Of a DNA stretch of 64,000 nucleotides, positions 37,654-49,652 are shown one piece after another (positions within the stretch are counted from its first letter, which is position 1; each line of letters opens with the position of its first letter). This DNA is from Takakia lepidozioides. Lineage: Eukaryota > Plantae > Bryophyta. The translations under genes were made by a program, and so were the position numbers. The stretch is taken from assembly GCA_030704615.1 (NCBI GenBank), contig CM060734.1, forward strand, positions 12,834,001-12,898,000, in the 5' to 3' direction. The notes beneath the pieces were generated by a model. It had not been told where the DNA came from, did no database searches, and saw only the letters and a list, made by a program, of their open reading frames with translations.

Positions 37654-37976
37654 TGTTTATCACTCGAGAGAGATGAGCGTTATCTAGTGTGCTGGTGCTA
37701 AGCTAGATACAATGTTTGTTTTAGCATTATTATAATATATATCTTGGGGCGGGAGTCCATCTGGCCCTGCTGTTTCTATGGGTTGTGCGCGCAGATTTAG
37801 TTGTCGTCTCTGCTCGTGAGTTTGAAAACCAAGAGGTGTGGAGGTTGAAGACTTTGATAGTTGGCTTCCCTACTCTCTTTCACTAGGACGGAGGGAGACG
37901 AGACTCGTGTAAACTTTTGGATTCGGACCCAAAACAGTCGGGAGTGGCTGGATCACGAAGTGCAAACAGTTTGGGG

Positions 37977-38098
37977 TGGCGTCATCCCTGGTTGTGGTGG
38001 CTTCCTCTGGTGGAGGTGCTGCTGCTGCACCTGCCGGAGAAAAGGAGGAAGCGAAGGAGGAGTCTGATGATGACATGGGTTTCAGTCTTTTCGACTAA
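37977..38098 (+). pseudogene. Captured C-terminal fragment of a 60S acidic ribosomal P protein (P1/P2 type)
   Basis: A frame absent from the ORF track reads VASSLVVVASSGGGAAAAPAGEKEEAKEESDDDMGFSLFD*, with TAA at 38096-38098. No start codon upstream of the fragment. Confidence 0.9.
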
Positions 38099-40278
38099 GC
38101 TCGAGATGTAGTGTTGCAGCGCATCCGATGGTCTTTCGCAGTCGACAGTAGGTCGAGCCACAGCCGAATGGAAATGAGGTTGCTGATAAACCCAATTGGA
38201 GAAGGTGCAGTTGATGTTATCTCAACTGCAGGTGGCTGCTGAGCATTACTTAACAGCCGTTTTATACCTGCGCTGGTGCTGGTAGAGGCTAGGAAGAAGG
38301 AGTGAGCTGGAAGATTCCCGCCCTTCTTCAAGCATGCTAGGCTCAGGGTGGAAGGTTCAACCTACGGCGGGCTGCTAGAGAGCTAGGAGGTCTGCCACCT
38401 ATCAGCCTCTGCTCTAGCCTCTCCTCTGCTCTGCTCTGCCTATTCTTTGTGAGTGGATTGTTCCACCGAAGGTAAAGCGCTGGCTGGGATTTGGTGACCA
38501 GCGATATTCCGCCAGCATGAGTGGGACTGGCTTCCTTGGGTTAGTTCCGATTTGCAAGGCAGCAAGTCTGCTGTTTGCTGTCTCTCGCAATGGCCATTTG
38601 CTGCAGGGTTGGAAGTTCAAGGTCAGGCCCTCAGGTTCCCTTTTCGGGCCAATCTTTGCTGACATTCCGGAAAATCCATACTATGCTATCAGGGTTTTCT
38701 GCTTAGTAATAGGCCAGGTGAACCCTTCTCTCGTGAACGGCCTACACACCAACCCCTTCCTGCATTGGTTCCTTCAGGCACCAGTTACCTTCGCCAATTT
38801 GATTCCGGGGAGTGGGTGTGGAAAGACAAGAAACACAGCCCGTTTTTCAAGTACACTGTCAAATTGGACTATAGCCAGCCACTATGAAAGAGTAGTTGTG
38901 GGCTGGTTGATGTGAGGTTGTCTAGCTGTACATTGCGAGGAAGCAAGCTTTCTTATCTTAGCAAATGGATGGATAGGGTCAGGCTAGATTTTCTAGCAAG
39001 TGCGTAAGCTGTTGTCCAGCAAGGAAAAGCTGATCAGCAGTAGAAGCATGAGATGCGGTGTGTGTGACTTGAGATAGATGTACACAGGGAAGGACCAGCC
39101 GCGTAGCCTGCTTTGCGATCAGGTCTTGCATCAGGTCTAGGCAACAGTGGCGGCATTAATGTTTGTGAGACGGGGTGATCTCATATATTAACATTGCAGC
39201 CTAGCGAAGGAAGACCAGGTGAGGCTCTACATACATGACCAGCGGTGCTTTGATCCGGAGTTGCAGTTAGAAATTGTGAGACAAAAAGGAAAAAAACATT
39301 GTAGTACATTTGGCATTTCGGCCACCAGCAGGTGCGGGTCCAATTATATCACTTGGTCCTTGAAGTGGTACACTAGGCCGAGCTTCTCCCTTTTGATTTT
39401 GCGTTCAGTTGGAAGCCCGTTATCAGTTCTCAAGATGGGGCAGCTTCATCCCATCGCCTTGGTTCTGTACATGTCCCTGGTCATGGGGATGTAATAACCA
39501 CCCTAAGCCAGTTTAGAGTGGTGTTTGAGGTCCTGGAGAGCTTGAGCGTTTACAGCACCAACGTATACTGTAACCCTCTCTGCTATGGCGATCTTCAGGC
39601 TGCTCTTGGGGTATATGCCAATGGTCGATGAAGGTATTAGCACCACCTTGGAAATCACAAATTGAACGTGATGGTCTTATTGCTGTGGTTGATATGTATT
39701 TGCCCAGTACATGAATGGTTGCGGAAAGCCATCCTAGTTGTGGTCACTCTGACAGGGCAGTAGACATGGGCTCTCATACAACAACGATAAGATGGCATTG
39801 ATAGCAGCAGCTTCAACAAGGTGTTCTCGTTTTGAAAATCTGGCATACCAATGAGGACATTACCTTTATCATGGTAATTCCACTGTGGAGAGATTGAGTT
39901 AAGAATCTAAGGAATTCTTAGGGAACCAGGGAACAGGGAACCTGCAGTGAATCCCAACAGACGTGGGAACAGTTTTTAATGGTGAGAACGTTTTGGTGTT
40001 AAAAAAATAAAAATAAAAAAAACCTTTTGATCTAATTTAAAGGATTCAGAGCCTGGTTGGTCATATCTTTGTCAAATGAGCTCCGTTTGACTCAGTTTTT
40101 GAGGGGATAGCTGCAGAAAGGGGAAATCTACCTACCTAGATCTGGTTTTTGTTTTTAGGACTCTGCTAAAAATCTATGGAATTTTTAGAGTGTGAGTGTG
40201 CCATGAAAGATCCACAATTCTGTTTCTAGAACCTGTGCTGGTCTATATGATAGACAAATCTGTGGATGTACTCCTTGT

Positions 40279-41028
40279 ATGGCTGGGGGAAATGAGGACG
40301 TAATTGAAGGGCAGGTCTCTTCTCTTAGCCTGTGCACACAAGGGGACAGGATTTATGTTTCCCAAGGAACTCAGACTGATTTGAGTGGAGAACAGTTGGA
40401 CGAGTTGATTGCATACTGGGAGTCAGGCATTAGCAGTAGACAACAGACTGCTGTAATTGGCATTGAGGGCCTCAATATCGCCTTGGACAGTCAGAACTCT
40501 GTTGGAGCCAGCAGTTCTGCAGCTGTAGGTGAAATACCAAAGTGGGTGAAAGCTAGGCTTGGAACACAGCCAAAGACAGCCCCGGGGACCAAGGTGTTCA
40601 GCCACAAGGCCGTGGTGTACTGGAGCAGAGGAGCAGGAGCTGCACAAGTTTGTGCAATTAGACAGTGTTGCAGCCGGACACGCTCTGCACAAGGCAACCA
40701 CGAGCGGGGGTTCATTAGCGAGGACAAGTTTGTTCTGTTTGAAGGAGATGCAGTCATTCGCAATGAAGACACCCGCAACCGTCTCAAAGCTTTCGAGTTG
40801 AGAGACTATCAGACCCTACCTTTGTTTTCTTTAGTGTTCAGTGAGCGGGAGATAGCAGAGTGTTGCTTTGTCTCTACCTGGCAGAAAGAGGAGGAGGGTT
40901 GGTTAGAGCGAGCTACTGTAGCTTGGGACAAGGTTAGTGGCAGGTTTCTGGACATAGATATACCTCCTACACCTTACCATCATGCAGAGCGAGGCACTTT
41001 GAGAGAAGTCTGGCAGTTGATAGCATAG
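40279..41028 (+). CDS. Extra ORF of unknown function upstream of element D gag
   Basis: 249-aa ATG-to-TAG open frame with protein-like composition. No family recognised. Confidence 0.5.
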   Translation: MAGGNEDVIEGQVSSLSLCTQGDRIYVSQGTQTDLSGEQLDELIAYWESGISSRQQTAVIGIEGLNIALDSQNSVGASSSAAVGEIPKWVKARLGTQPKTAPGTKVFSHKAVVYWSRGAGAAQVCAIRQCCSRTRSAQGNHERGFISEDKFVLFEGDAVIRNEDTRNRLKAFELRDYQTLPLFSLVFSEREIAECCFVSTWQKEEEGWLERATVAWDKVSGRFLDIDIPPTPYHHAERGTLREVWQLIA

Positions 41029-41727
41029 ATCAGGATTAGATCTTGCTTGGTCGGGCTTCTATTCTTCCCCTCCATCTCTGTACTATTTTCATTACCTTGT
41101 ACTTGTAGTTGCCAAAGCCTCTCTTGGTGGAGGCCAGTCAGTCCGGGGTTTGGGCTGGGATATTCTGCAGGATCAGCGTTGCTGCTGGATTTTGGTGTGG
41201 GGGTGTTGATGTTTTGATTTCTTGTGTTTGGATCCCCCCAACACCTGCATGCTTGACTGTGCGCCATGTTGGTTTTGTGTGGGCGCTTGCTTTCATAGGG
41301 ATTAGGCCGGATTTGATCACCGGTCAATCCTAGAGTGTGCTGTCGGTGGTGAGGCTGGAGTGATGACCAGCAAGACCACCAGTGTTTCTTCTATGGTGAG
41401 GCTGGGTTGATGACCAGCCAACCATAGGAGTTCTTGCGGTGGATGCAGGTGCAGGTGCCCTGAGCCATTGGGATATGACCCTTAAACTGCAACAGGTGCC
41501 CACCCGTGTCACTATTAGATTAGTACTAGAGCCTTATAGTGTCACGTGGAGGAGGTGCACATTGTGAGTGTCATTACGGAGTTACCCAAAGGTTTTGAGG
41601 GGAGTACGGCTACAGGCAGTAACAGTGAGAGTGGGTTCACAAGACGAGGTATTCGGTTCAGACCACCTTCACCGCCACCCTCAATTCTGTAGAGTCAGAC
41701 ACAGACTCGGAGGCTTCATCAACAGGT

Positions 41728-44070
41728 GTGCACTTTCATTCGCCATTGTTGTGGGACGACATGGAGGAGATGTATGGAGCTACCAAAGGGCCTCGTAGGT
41801 ACTCTGGAGCTGTGGGCACAATCGAGTTGGATGACTTTATCCAGGAGTTCGACAGCTGGTGTGATTTGCAGCAGATGCGCAATCCACAGCTATTCACCCC
41901 ATTCATGGCGTGGAAGGGACTGTTCCAGCATTTGGAAGGCCCGCCTATGGACGATTACCACGAGTTCAGGCGAGGACATGAAGCAGAGATTGAGGAGTGG
42001 AGGATGTATTGGTCACCTGACTACGTCTCCATTACTCGAGGCACGACGCGACCAGTAGCTGCATCAGTACCAATAGCTCCCACTGCCAGCACTAGTAGTG
42101 GAGCAAGTAGTGCTGGTACTTCTGCAGGTGGTACCAGTTCAAAAGGTGCTACTACTCCTCCTGCCACGACTACAACACATGTGCCTAGATTCAACCCGGT
42201 GGTGGAGTTCTTCCAGGAGTTGCGGAGGAACTACCAAGGTGTACGGACAGAGAAGCTGCGAAGTTTGCAAGACTTCCAGCGCAAACCCAGTGAGAGCCTG
42301 CGAGAGGCGTACACTCGTATGAGGCGCTTGATAAGTGTGACCCAAGGGGTTACTGAAGCTCAGGCAATCCAGTTTTGGTATGGAATTCTGGACAAGGAGC
42401 TCAAGAGAAGGGTGCGAGATGCAACCCTGTTACAAGCAGCCCAACCCACATTAGCAGATGTGTTTCTGCTGGCTGAGCGGATTGAGCTCAACATGGTGGA
42501 GGAGCGAGTTGTTACAATTGGATTTGGCAAGGACATGCCTGCACGGGGCACAGCTGTCAGCCCACAGGCACAAGGGACTGCCCAACAGCGTGGTCAGGGG
42601 GGCAAGGTTGCCCAGCCCAAGTTCCATGGAGCTTACAGGGGACCTCAGGTGCAGAGGCCCGTGGCATCTTTTGCAGGCCAACAGCAACCAGGGGTGATAT
42701 GTTGGACATGTGGAGGACCCCATGTCAAGAGAGATTGCCCAGAGAGTGGCAAAAGGCCGGCACAAGCACAGCCTGCACAGTTGCAGTGTGGGCATTGTGG
42801 CAAGTATGGGCATGGAGATGCCCAGTGTTATGACTTGCATCCTGAGTTGCGCCCAGGCCAGTTCCAAGGGAACAATGGTGGCCGGGGGCGAGGTGGACCA
42901 GCCCAGAGAGGACGAGGTGGTCGGGCACGAGGTGCAGGCCAAGGGCAAGCTCAACATGGCCAAGGACGCGGAGGTCAGGGTGTTGATCAAGGCATGGCCA
43001 ACCGGCTTCAGCAGCTAGAGCAGAGGCTCGCTGCCATGGCTATAGCTCAGGCGGTACCGGCTCCCAGGCGGGATGGTCCACCTCCTGCTCCTGAGGGAGG
43101 AGATATGGGAGGCATGGGATTCATGTGCGGAGCAGCACTACCACTAGAGCAGGTGGAGTCTGCTGCAGCCGTGACTCGAGGAGCAGCACGAGTTCCTGAG
43201 CCACGAGGTGCAGAGGTGGAGTTGGATCCACAACGTGGGGAGGCAAGCCGTCAGGCGAGGCTGCCTCAGTCATTCACCTTGGCGGAGACAGTGTCAACGC
43301 CATCCATGGCACCTAGTTCTCGCCCGACTGTTACCGAGGCGGAGGTTTCTATGCCATTGGGGAGAGCTACACGTGCAGCACTGACACCTGCTACCAAGGC
43401 TAGTGCAGCCGGTGTGTTATTGGGGGCAGCCACCTCTGTGTGTCAAGCCCCACTGTTCTCGGCAACCATGATTGCGACGCCGGGGGTAAGACCAGCTGCA
43501 GTGTTCAGACTAGCAGCAACACTCTGTGAGAGTGGGGAGGTCACTTCATCTTCTGCGGAGTTAGTGGAAGGTGTAGTGGCAGAGGGATCCTCGGATTTGA
43601 GGGTCAAGACTGCCACGGCTGCGCCCTGGCAAGCTGCAGCTGCCAGGTTGACGGAGCTGCCAGCTAGGCCAGCCTTTGAGCGCGCCATGGTGACACCTGG
43701 AGTTGTCTTGTTAGACAACCAGGGAGGCATTTTCACTTTGAGTGGACCGGCAGGCAAGAAGTACCGGCCACTGCGGGTCTTGTTGGACTCGGGAGCTCAG
43801 CCACTGATGTTGGGCAGAGCTGCTATTGCAGGTTTGGGCCTCATGGAGGCGGATATGGAGCCTTGTCCTTTCCAGATACAGACATCTCTGGGAGGATCAG
43901 AGCAGGCTCGGGGCATGACACGGCATCAGTTGGCCATTAGACTGCAGCCGGATCATCCTATCGATGGCTCAGTAATGCGAGCCAAGGCCATTGTGACAGA
44001 CGCGGTCTCTTACGATGTCCTCGTTGGTGGGGCAGTGTTATACCCCATGGGCTTCACCCTGGACTTTGGG
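41728..44070 (+). CDS. Element D gag-protease
   Basis: Zinc knuckles CWTCGGPHVKRDC and CGHCGKYGHGDAQC, an RGG tract, and aspartic protease VLLDSGAQP..YDVLVG. The frame shifts near 44070. Confidence 0.88.
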
Positions 44071-44489
44071 AGGAGTCAGCATCCTACAGGCCTGGATGGC
44101 AGTCAGGGATGGTCGCCGTGCACAGCTCCCTGTGACATTCATTGGGGGTATAGCGGCTGCCCAGCGGGGCAAGATGCCAACACTAGCCGCCTTTACAGCT
44201 GCAGTTAGTTGGCCTGGAGAGTTGCTGGAAGGCAATGCCCATGCAGAGGATGTGCCACCTCCAGCAGAGCAGGATGACATGCATGGTATGGCGGAGTTGC
44301 CTGCCATGGTTGCTCACACTCCATTGTGGGGTACGAGCAAGGATTTGCAGCAGGTTGCTGATCGACGGGTGCAACAAGCCTGGGTAGAGGCTTTTGTACC
44401 GTCAGGAGAGGAGGAGAGTGCGGGTATTGCACCAGGACCACCTCAGTTGTCACCATTGGATACCACACCTATTGTGTGGCAGTATCCGG

Positions 44490-45460
44490 ATGAAGGCATT
44501 TGCCTTCTGGACTTGTTTGGCGGGATCAGCACCGGATTGGCTGCTGTGCTACAGGCAGGTGTGCGGGTAAGGCGTTACCTGTATGTGGAGAGGGATGAGA
44601 CTGCACGACGCGTCTCACTGCGCCATGTTGCTCAGTTGGTACAGCAGTACCCTGACTTGTTGCCAGTGTCTGCAGTTCGTGGATACCAACAAGCCTTGCC
44701 AGCAGACATTTCCTTGCTGGGGGCGCAAGATTTGGAGCAGGTTGGCTCCATTGATCTGATAGTGGCAGGTTGGCCCTGCCAAGGGCATTCATCAGCCGGG
44801 CATGGCAATGGATTGCGAGACTCGAGGACGGGTCTGTTTTGGGAGATGGTGCGGTTTTGCGCCACTTGCAGCTTCATCAAGCTGTATCTCCAGCATACAT
44901 CTTGGAGAATGTGCCACTGATGGGTGATTCTCGGGCCAGGGTGATGGCCAGTGTGCATCAAGTCCGGTCGTGGCTTGGGTCAGCAGTGTTGCTGGATGCA
45001 GCTGCAGTGGGATCACGGGCTCATCGTCCACGGCTTTGGTGGACTAACTTGATGCCACCCGCACTGCTCAAGCGTGCATTTGATGGGGTGCAGCGGCCAG
45101 CACACCTCACCGTGGATGGCATTTTGGACACAGGGAGGCAGTCTCAACGTGTGAGACACGATGACCGTTCGCCTTTGGCAGTGGTCAACAGGGTGGGTCA
45201 ACCACGAGCAGCATTACCTACACTGCTCAGCTTCCCAGGATCCCATGCTTTTCGGGATGGTGGACCTGGCCTCCTGTGGGATGCTCAGTTGCAACAGTTA
45301 GTGGAGCCTAATGCCGACGAGCGAGAGCGGGGGGGTTTTCCACTGGGACCACGGCGGTGCCTTCTCTTTCTGAGGCATCACGTCGTCAGGTGTTGGGGCA
45401 AGCAATGGATCTCAATTGCTTGACCTGGATTATCAGCTTGGCTATGGCTGAGCAACGTAG
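44490..45460 (+). pseudogene. C5-cytosine DNA methyltransferase domain within pol (frameshifted in this sequence)
   Basis: Motifs in order: I LDLFGGISTG, II YVERD, III DI, IV AGWPCQG (WPCQ at 44771-44782), VI ILENV, VIII AHRPRLWWTNL, IX ERER..GF, X LGQAM. Confidence 0.93.
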
Positions 45461-45899
45461 AGTGCGGAGTGCACTTCCCTTGACGGTCTCTCTGCCTACC
45501 GAGACGGTACAGGCAGCGAGTGGGGGCGAGCCGGTGAGGACCACGGGGTGTAGACATCCATGGCACACGTGGGAGGTGCTCGAGGTTCAGAGGGAGTTGG
45601 CAGCCAAGGCAGCTGTGATGGATGAGGTTGGGGATTCTTCTCGGGATGAGGAGGTTCTCAATGATGAGATGATGGGGCAGGATGAGGCCTTGTCATTGAC
45701 TGAGCAGGAAGGGAGTACTGCTCAAGAGGTTGCAGCATAGCAACCACGGGACGCGTCCTCTACCTCTAAGCCCACTGGACTTAAGGTTGCAGTTACGGAG
45801 GACAATTGGGAGCCTGACATTGGACCCATTGTCACCGGAGGAGAGAGACGACGTATACGGCGGTTCCTGAGGGCTTACAGGAATTGCTTTGCCTTCAGT

Positions 45900-48446
45900 T
45901 TGAAGGACTTGGGAGCACTGAAGGGTCAAGAGATCCGTATTGAGTTGGCCACTGACACGCCAATCTTTCGGAGACCCTATAGATACAGTGACATGGAGAG
46001 GTCTTTGATTCAGATGAGGACTCAAGATCTTGGGAGGCAGGTTTGGTGGAGCTCTCTGGTGGAGAGTATGCTTCAGCCACAGTGATGCCAGCCAAGAAGG
46101 ATGTCTATGGCAATTGGACGGAGAGACGTATGTGCGGTGATTACCGGCCTGTAAATCGTCAGACCAAGTCCGATAGGTATGCCATGCCGACACCAGAGGA
46201 GATCTTTGATGCCATTGGGCATTCCAAGGTCTTTAGCACGTTGGATTTACGATCCGGATATCACCAGTTGCCGATCAAGGAGGCGGATAAGCAAAAGACG
46301 GCATTCTGGGGGATCAATGAGCACGGGAAGGATTGCCTATACCAGTGGCGGTTCTTACCATTTGGGCTTAAAAACGCTCCCGCTGAGTTTCAAAGAGTCA
46401 TGGACAGGATTCTAGCAGGGGTGGAGTTTGCTCGGTGCTACATAGATGACATCATCATCTTTAGTGCTACGGTGGAGGAGCATGAGAGACACCTTCAGGG
46501 GGTATTTGAGCGCTTGAGGACGCACGGATTGAAGTTACATCCGGGCAAGTGCAAGTTTTTCCACAACCAGATTGAGTATCTGGGTCACATGATATATCCT
46601 GGAGGATTGGGGGTACAGCAGACTAAGGTAGAGTCCATTGCACAGGTTCCACGCCCCACGGATGTGAGCCGAGTTCGAGCTTTCATGGGGTTAGCAAACT
46701 ATTACAGACGGTTTGTTAAGGGATTTAGTGCCATTGCAAAGGCTCTAACCAAGCTGACCAAGGTGGACCAGGAGTGGCAGTGGGAAGATGAGCAAGAACA
46801 AGCTTTTCAAGAGCTCAAGGCGAGGTTGACCTCGGCGCCCATCTTGAGACGACCTATCAGGGGGCGTCCTTTTCAGCTGCATACAGATTGGAGCATGCTG
46901 GGGCTTGGAGCGGTGCTCACACAGGTGGATGATGAGGGAAGAGAGTTCGTAGTGGCTTATGCTAGCCGCTCGAACAATGCTGCAGAGTCTAAGTATAGCT
47001 CATATGAGGGAGAATGCTTAGCTGCAGTGTGGGCCGTGGCACACTTCAGGTGCTATCTATACGGCAATCTTCACCCTTGTCACGGATCACCAACCACTCA
47101 AGTGGTTGATGGAGTCAGACAAGCTTACGGGGAAGCTTGCACGGTGGGCACTCATCCTTCAAGAGTATGACTTTCAGGTGGTGCATCGACCGGGTTTGGT
47201 CAATCGCAATGCAGATGGGTTGAGTCGCAATCCATGCACGAGCCAGCAGGATGACACTGGAGCTCGGTGGCATGGTGAGACGGACGAGGAGATGGTGCCC
47301 GGATGGCATGCATCTGCATTTCTGTGTATCTTGGCAGCGGAAGGCCAGGTTGGACCTGCAACAGGGATGACTGTAGATCAAGTGTCTGAGGACCCTGAGG
47401 CCAGCAATGAGCAAGGTGGCGCCAAAGATATACATGAGGATTCAGTTGTGTTGGACTACCTCCGCACTGGAGACACGGCAGCCACTGTGACTGCCAAGGA
47501 GAGGGATCGGATCCTACAACGAGCCAAGAGGTTCAAGTGGGAGGGGACACACCTGCTCCGAGTGTGGGAGGATGGTCGAGTGAGGATTGTGCCTCACCCA
47601 ACACAGCGGGCACGGTTAGTGCGGCATGCCCATGAGGAGTTGGGGCATTTTGGGGTGCGACGCACTCATAGTCTACTGCAGGGGCAGTATTGGTGGCGTG
47701 GTATGCACACAGAGGTGCAACAATTTGTGGCTAGGTGCATGGTGTGTGACAGGGTGCGTGCTTCATTCAACGCCCCTACTCCACAATTGCACCCTCTTCC
47801 GATCATGGGATTGGGCTACAGGTGGAGTCTTGACTTCGCAGGGCCGTTGCCACTGACCATGCGCCACAACAAGTACGTGTTGGTGATGGTGGAACACTTC
47901 TCCAAGTGGATTGAATTGGTTCCATTGCCTGATAAGGCTAGTGAGGGAGCTGCGTATGCATTCTTGGATTGTGTGCTTAGCCGATTCGGTGCTCCAGCTG
48001 AGGTACTCACGGACCAAGGGAGAGAGTTCTTGGGGGAGTTTCAGGCTTTGTGTGACAAGGCCTTGATAGACCACCGCACCACTTCTCGGGATCATCCTGA
48101 GGCCGATGGCTTGGCAGAGAGAGTTGTTCAGACAGTAAAGAGGGGTTTGCGCAAGTATGGCTTGCAGAAGGGACACCTAGGAGATTGGGACCTTCAGTTA
48201 CCCTGGTTAGCCATGGGCTACAGGTTCAGCAAGCAAGCATCACTTGCCTCCTTCTCACCATACTTTCTTCTCTTTGGCCGAGAGCCGGATTTGCCTACAT
48301 CCATTCGCAGAGAAGCTGCTACAGTTCTTAACCTTGACGATCCGGACGTGTGGGCACGTGCATGTGAGCAGCGTGCAGAGTTGTTCAAGAGAGTCATGCC
48401 CATGGCTTTCGAGAACCTTGCCTTGCACAACACCGTGATACGTTGA
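45900..48446 (+). pseudogene. Element D RT-RNase H-integrase (frameshifted)
   Basis: [59 protein letters not shown]. Confidence 0.95.
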
Positions 48447-48724
48447 GGTATGCTACCATACGTGGTGGGGGCTATCGTCCTGGGGTTCGGAGATTCAACC
48501 CTGGTGACTATGTCTATCTGCAGCAGACTGCTCCTACGACCCTGGATGTGACTGCAGGACGTGTTATTTTGAGGGTTCGAGAGGTCTTGCCTTCAGGCGT
48601 CTTGGTCTTGGAGGGTCGGGATGGCATAACTTGGAAGGACCATGTGCGTAATTGTGCGCCATGTCACCTTCCGAATGTCGATGGCAGGATTGACCCAAAC
48701 CTGGCAGTGGTATCTGCAGGTTTG

Positions 48725-48871
48725 AGGTGCATGTTGTGTGGGTCTGCTAAAGGGGCAGCCACCATGCTGGTGTGTGATCGATGCTCTAGAGGTTGGCATA
48801 TGGGATGCTTGACTCCACCTCTTGAGATGGTTCCAGATGGGGATTGGTTATGTCCACATTGCATTGGATAG
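48725..48871 (+). CDS. PHD finger at the integrase C-terminus of element D
   Basis: C4-H-C3 pattern: CMLC..MLVCDRC..GWHMGCLTPPL..VPDGDWLCPHC*. Confidence 0.93.
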   Translation, partial: RCMLCGSAKGAATMLVCDRCSRGWHMGCLTPPLEMVPDGDWLCPHCIG

Positions 48872-49130
48872 TGGGAGTGGATACAACCATGGAAGGCTAA
48901 CAAGAAACGCAAGGCCCAGCTACTAGGAGACCTTGAACACACGAGATCCTGGCTCAAGTTCACAGATTGCAAGACGGCGACTAACGATGGGGCTACTCTT
49001 GTACCCGGCCTCTTGGTCTATAGAGTTTGAGTACAATAGGGACAGTGATAGAGGACTTAGTACGGTTGTGGCTATTCATCTTGTAGCTATCTGGAGGTAG
49101 AGGGACCTATCCACCAGCTAGGGGGGCGAT

Positions 49131-49652
49131 TGTGGCAGACTACTTTATTGTGCATATATGTGTGGTGTGGTTTGGACAACGATGTAGTTGTGTAGCGATA
49201 TGTATGCGCACGACAGCTGTCAAGTTAAATAAGCACAGTGTGAAAACAGCTAGAATAAAACTAGTTATTTGTATTTAACACTTGGATTTAGGTCAAGTGT
49301 TAAATCAGGTGTCAAGTTTAGTTTGACACCTGGTCCGTCTTATCTTCACGAGAGCGGCAGTCGCGCGGTTCATCTTTCTCGAGTTGAGCCTGCGCGACCG
49401 AGCTCCTTCATGCGTTTAGATCTAAGTGTGCTTATGATGGGAGTGTAGGTTGTTGTGGGGTGGAGTCCCCATAGCGTGGGGTGCCCCTGGCTCGACTTCT
49501 ATTTTAAAGAGTGATAGCGATGGATTTCATATTTCTTGTGTTGAGAGTGTGTGTCCTTTTTAGCTATTGTGGCAGACTACTTTATTGTGCATATATGTGT
49601 GGTGTGGTTTGGACAGCGATGTAGTTGTGTAGCGATATGTATGCGCACGACA
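49131..49652 (+). repeat. Element D right terminus: B1 (49131-49215), GC, A2 (49218-49565), AT, B2 (49568-49652)
   Basis: The B copies are 85 bp with 1 mismatch. A PPT-like AGGGGGGCGAT precedes B1. Confidence 0.95.

Larger units (their letters stand above)
37306..49652 (+). mobile_element. Element D: Ty3/Gypsy with C5 DNA methyltransferase, PHD finger and split terminal repeats
   Basis: Ends TGTC..GACA. TSD AGTT at 37302-37305 and 49653-49656. C's 3' UTR is restored on removal, by comparison with B. Confidence 0.93.

Noticed and set aside
37913-38098. Functional ribosomal protein P1/P2 gene
   Set aside because: Only the hinge and tail are present; there is no start codon or N-terminal domain.
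44490-45460. Bacterial restriction-modification gene or contamination
   Set aside because: The domain lies inside a Gypsy pol that is cleanly nested, with a TSD, in another retrotransposon. No partner nuclease is present.
37306-49652. DIRS/Ngaro tyrosine-recombinase element
   Set aside because: It has an aspartic protease, an HHCC-DDE integrase, TG..CA ends and a TSD. No recombinase motif was recognised.
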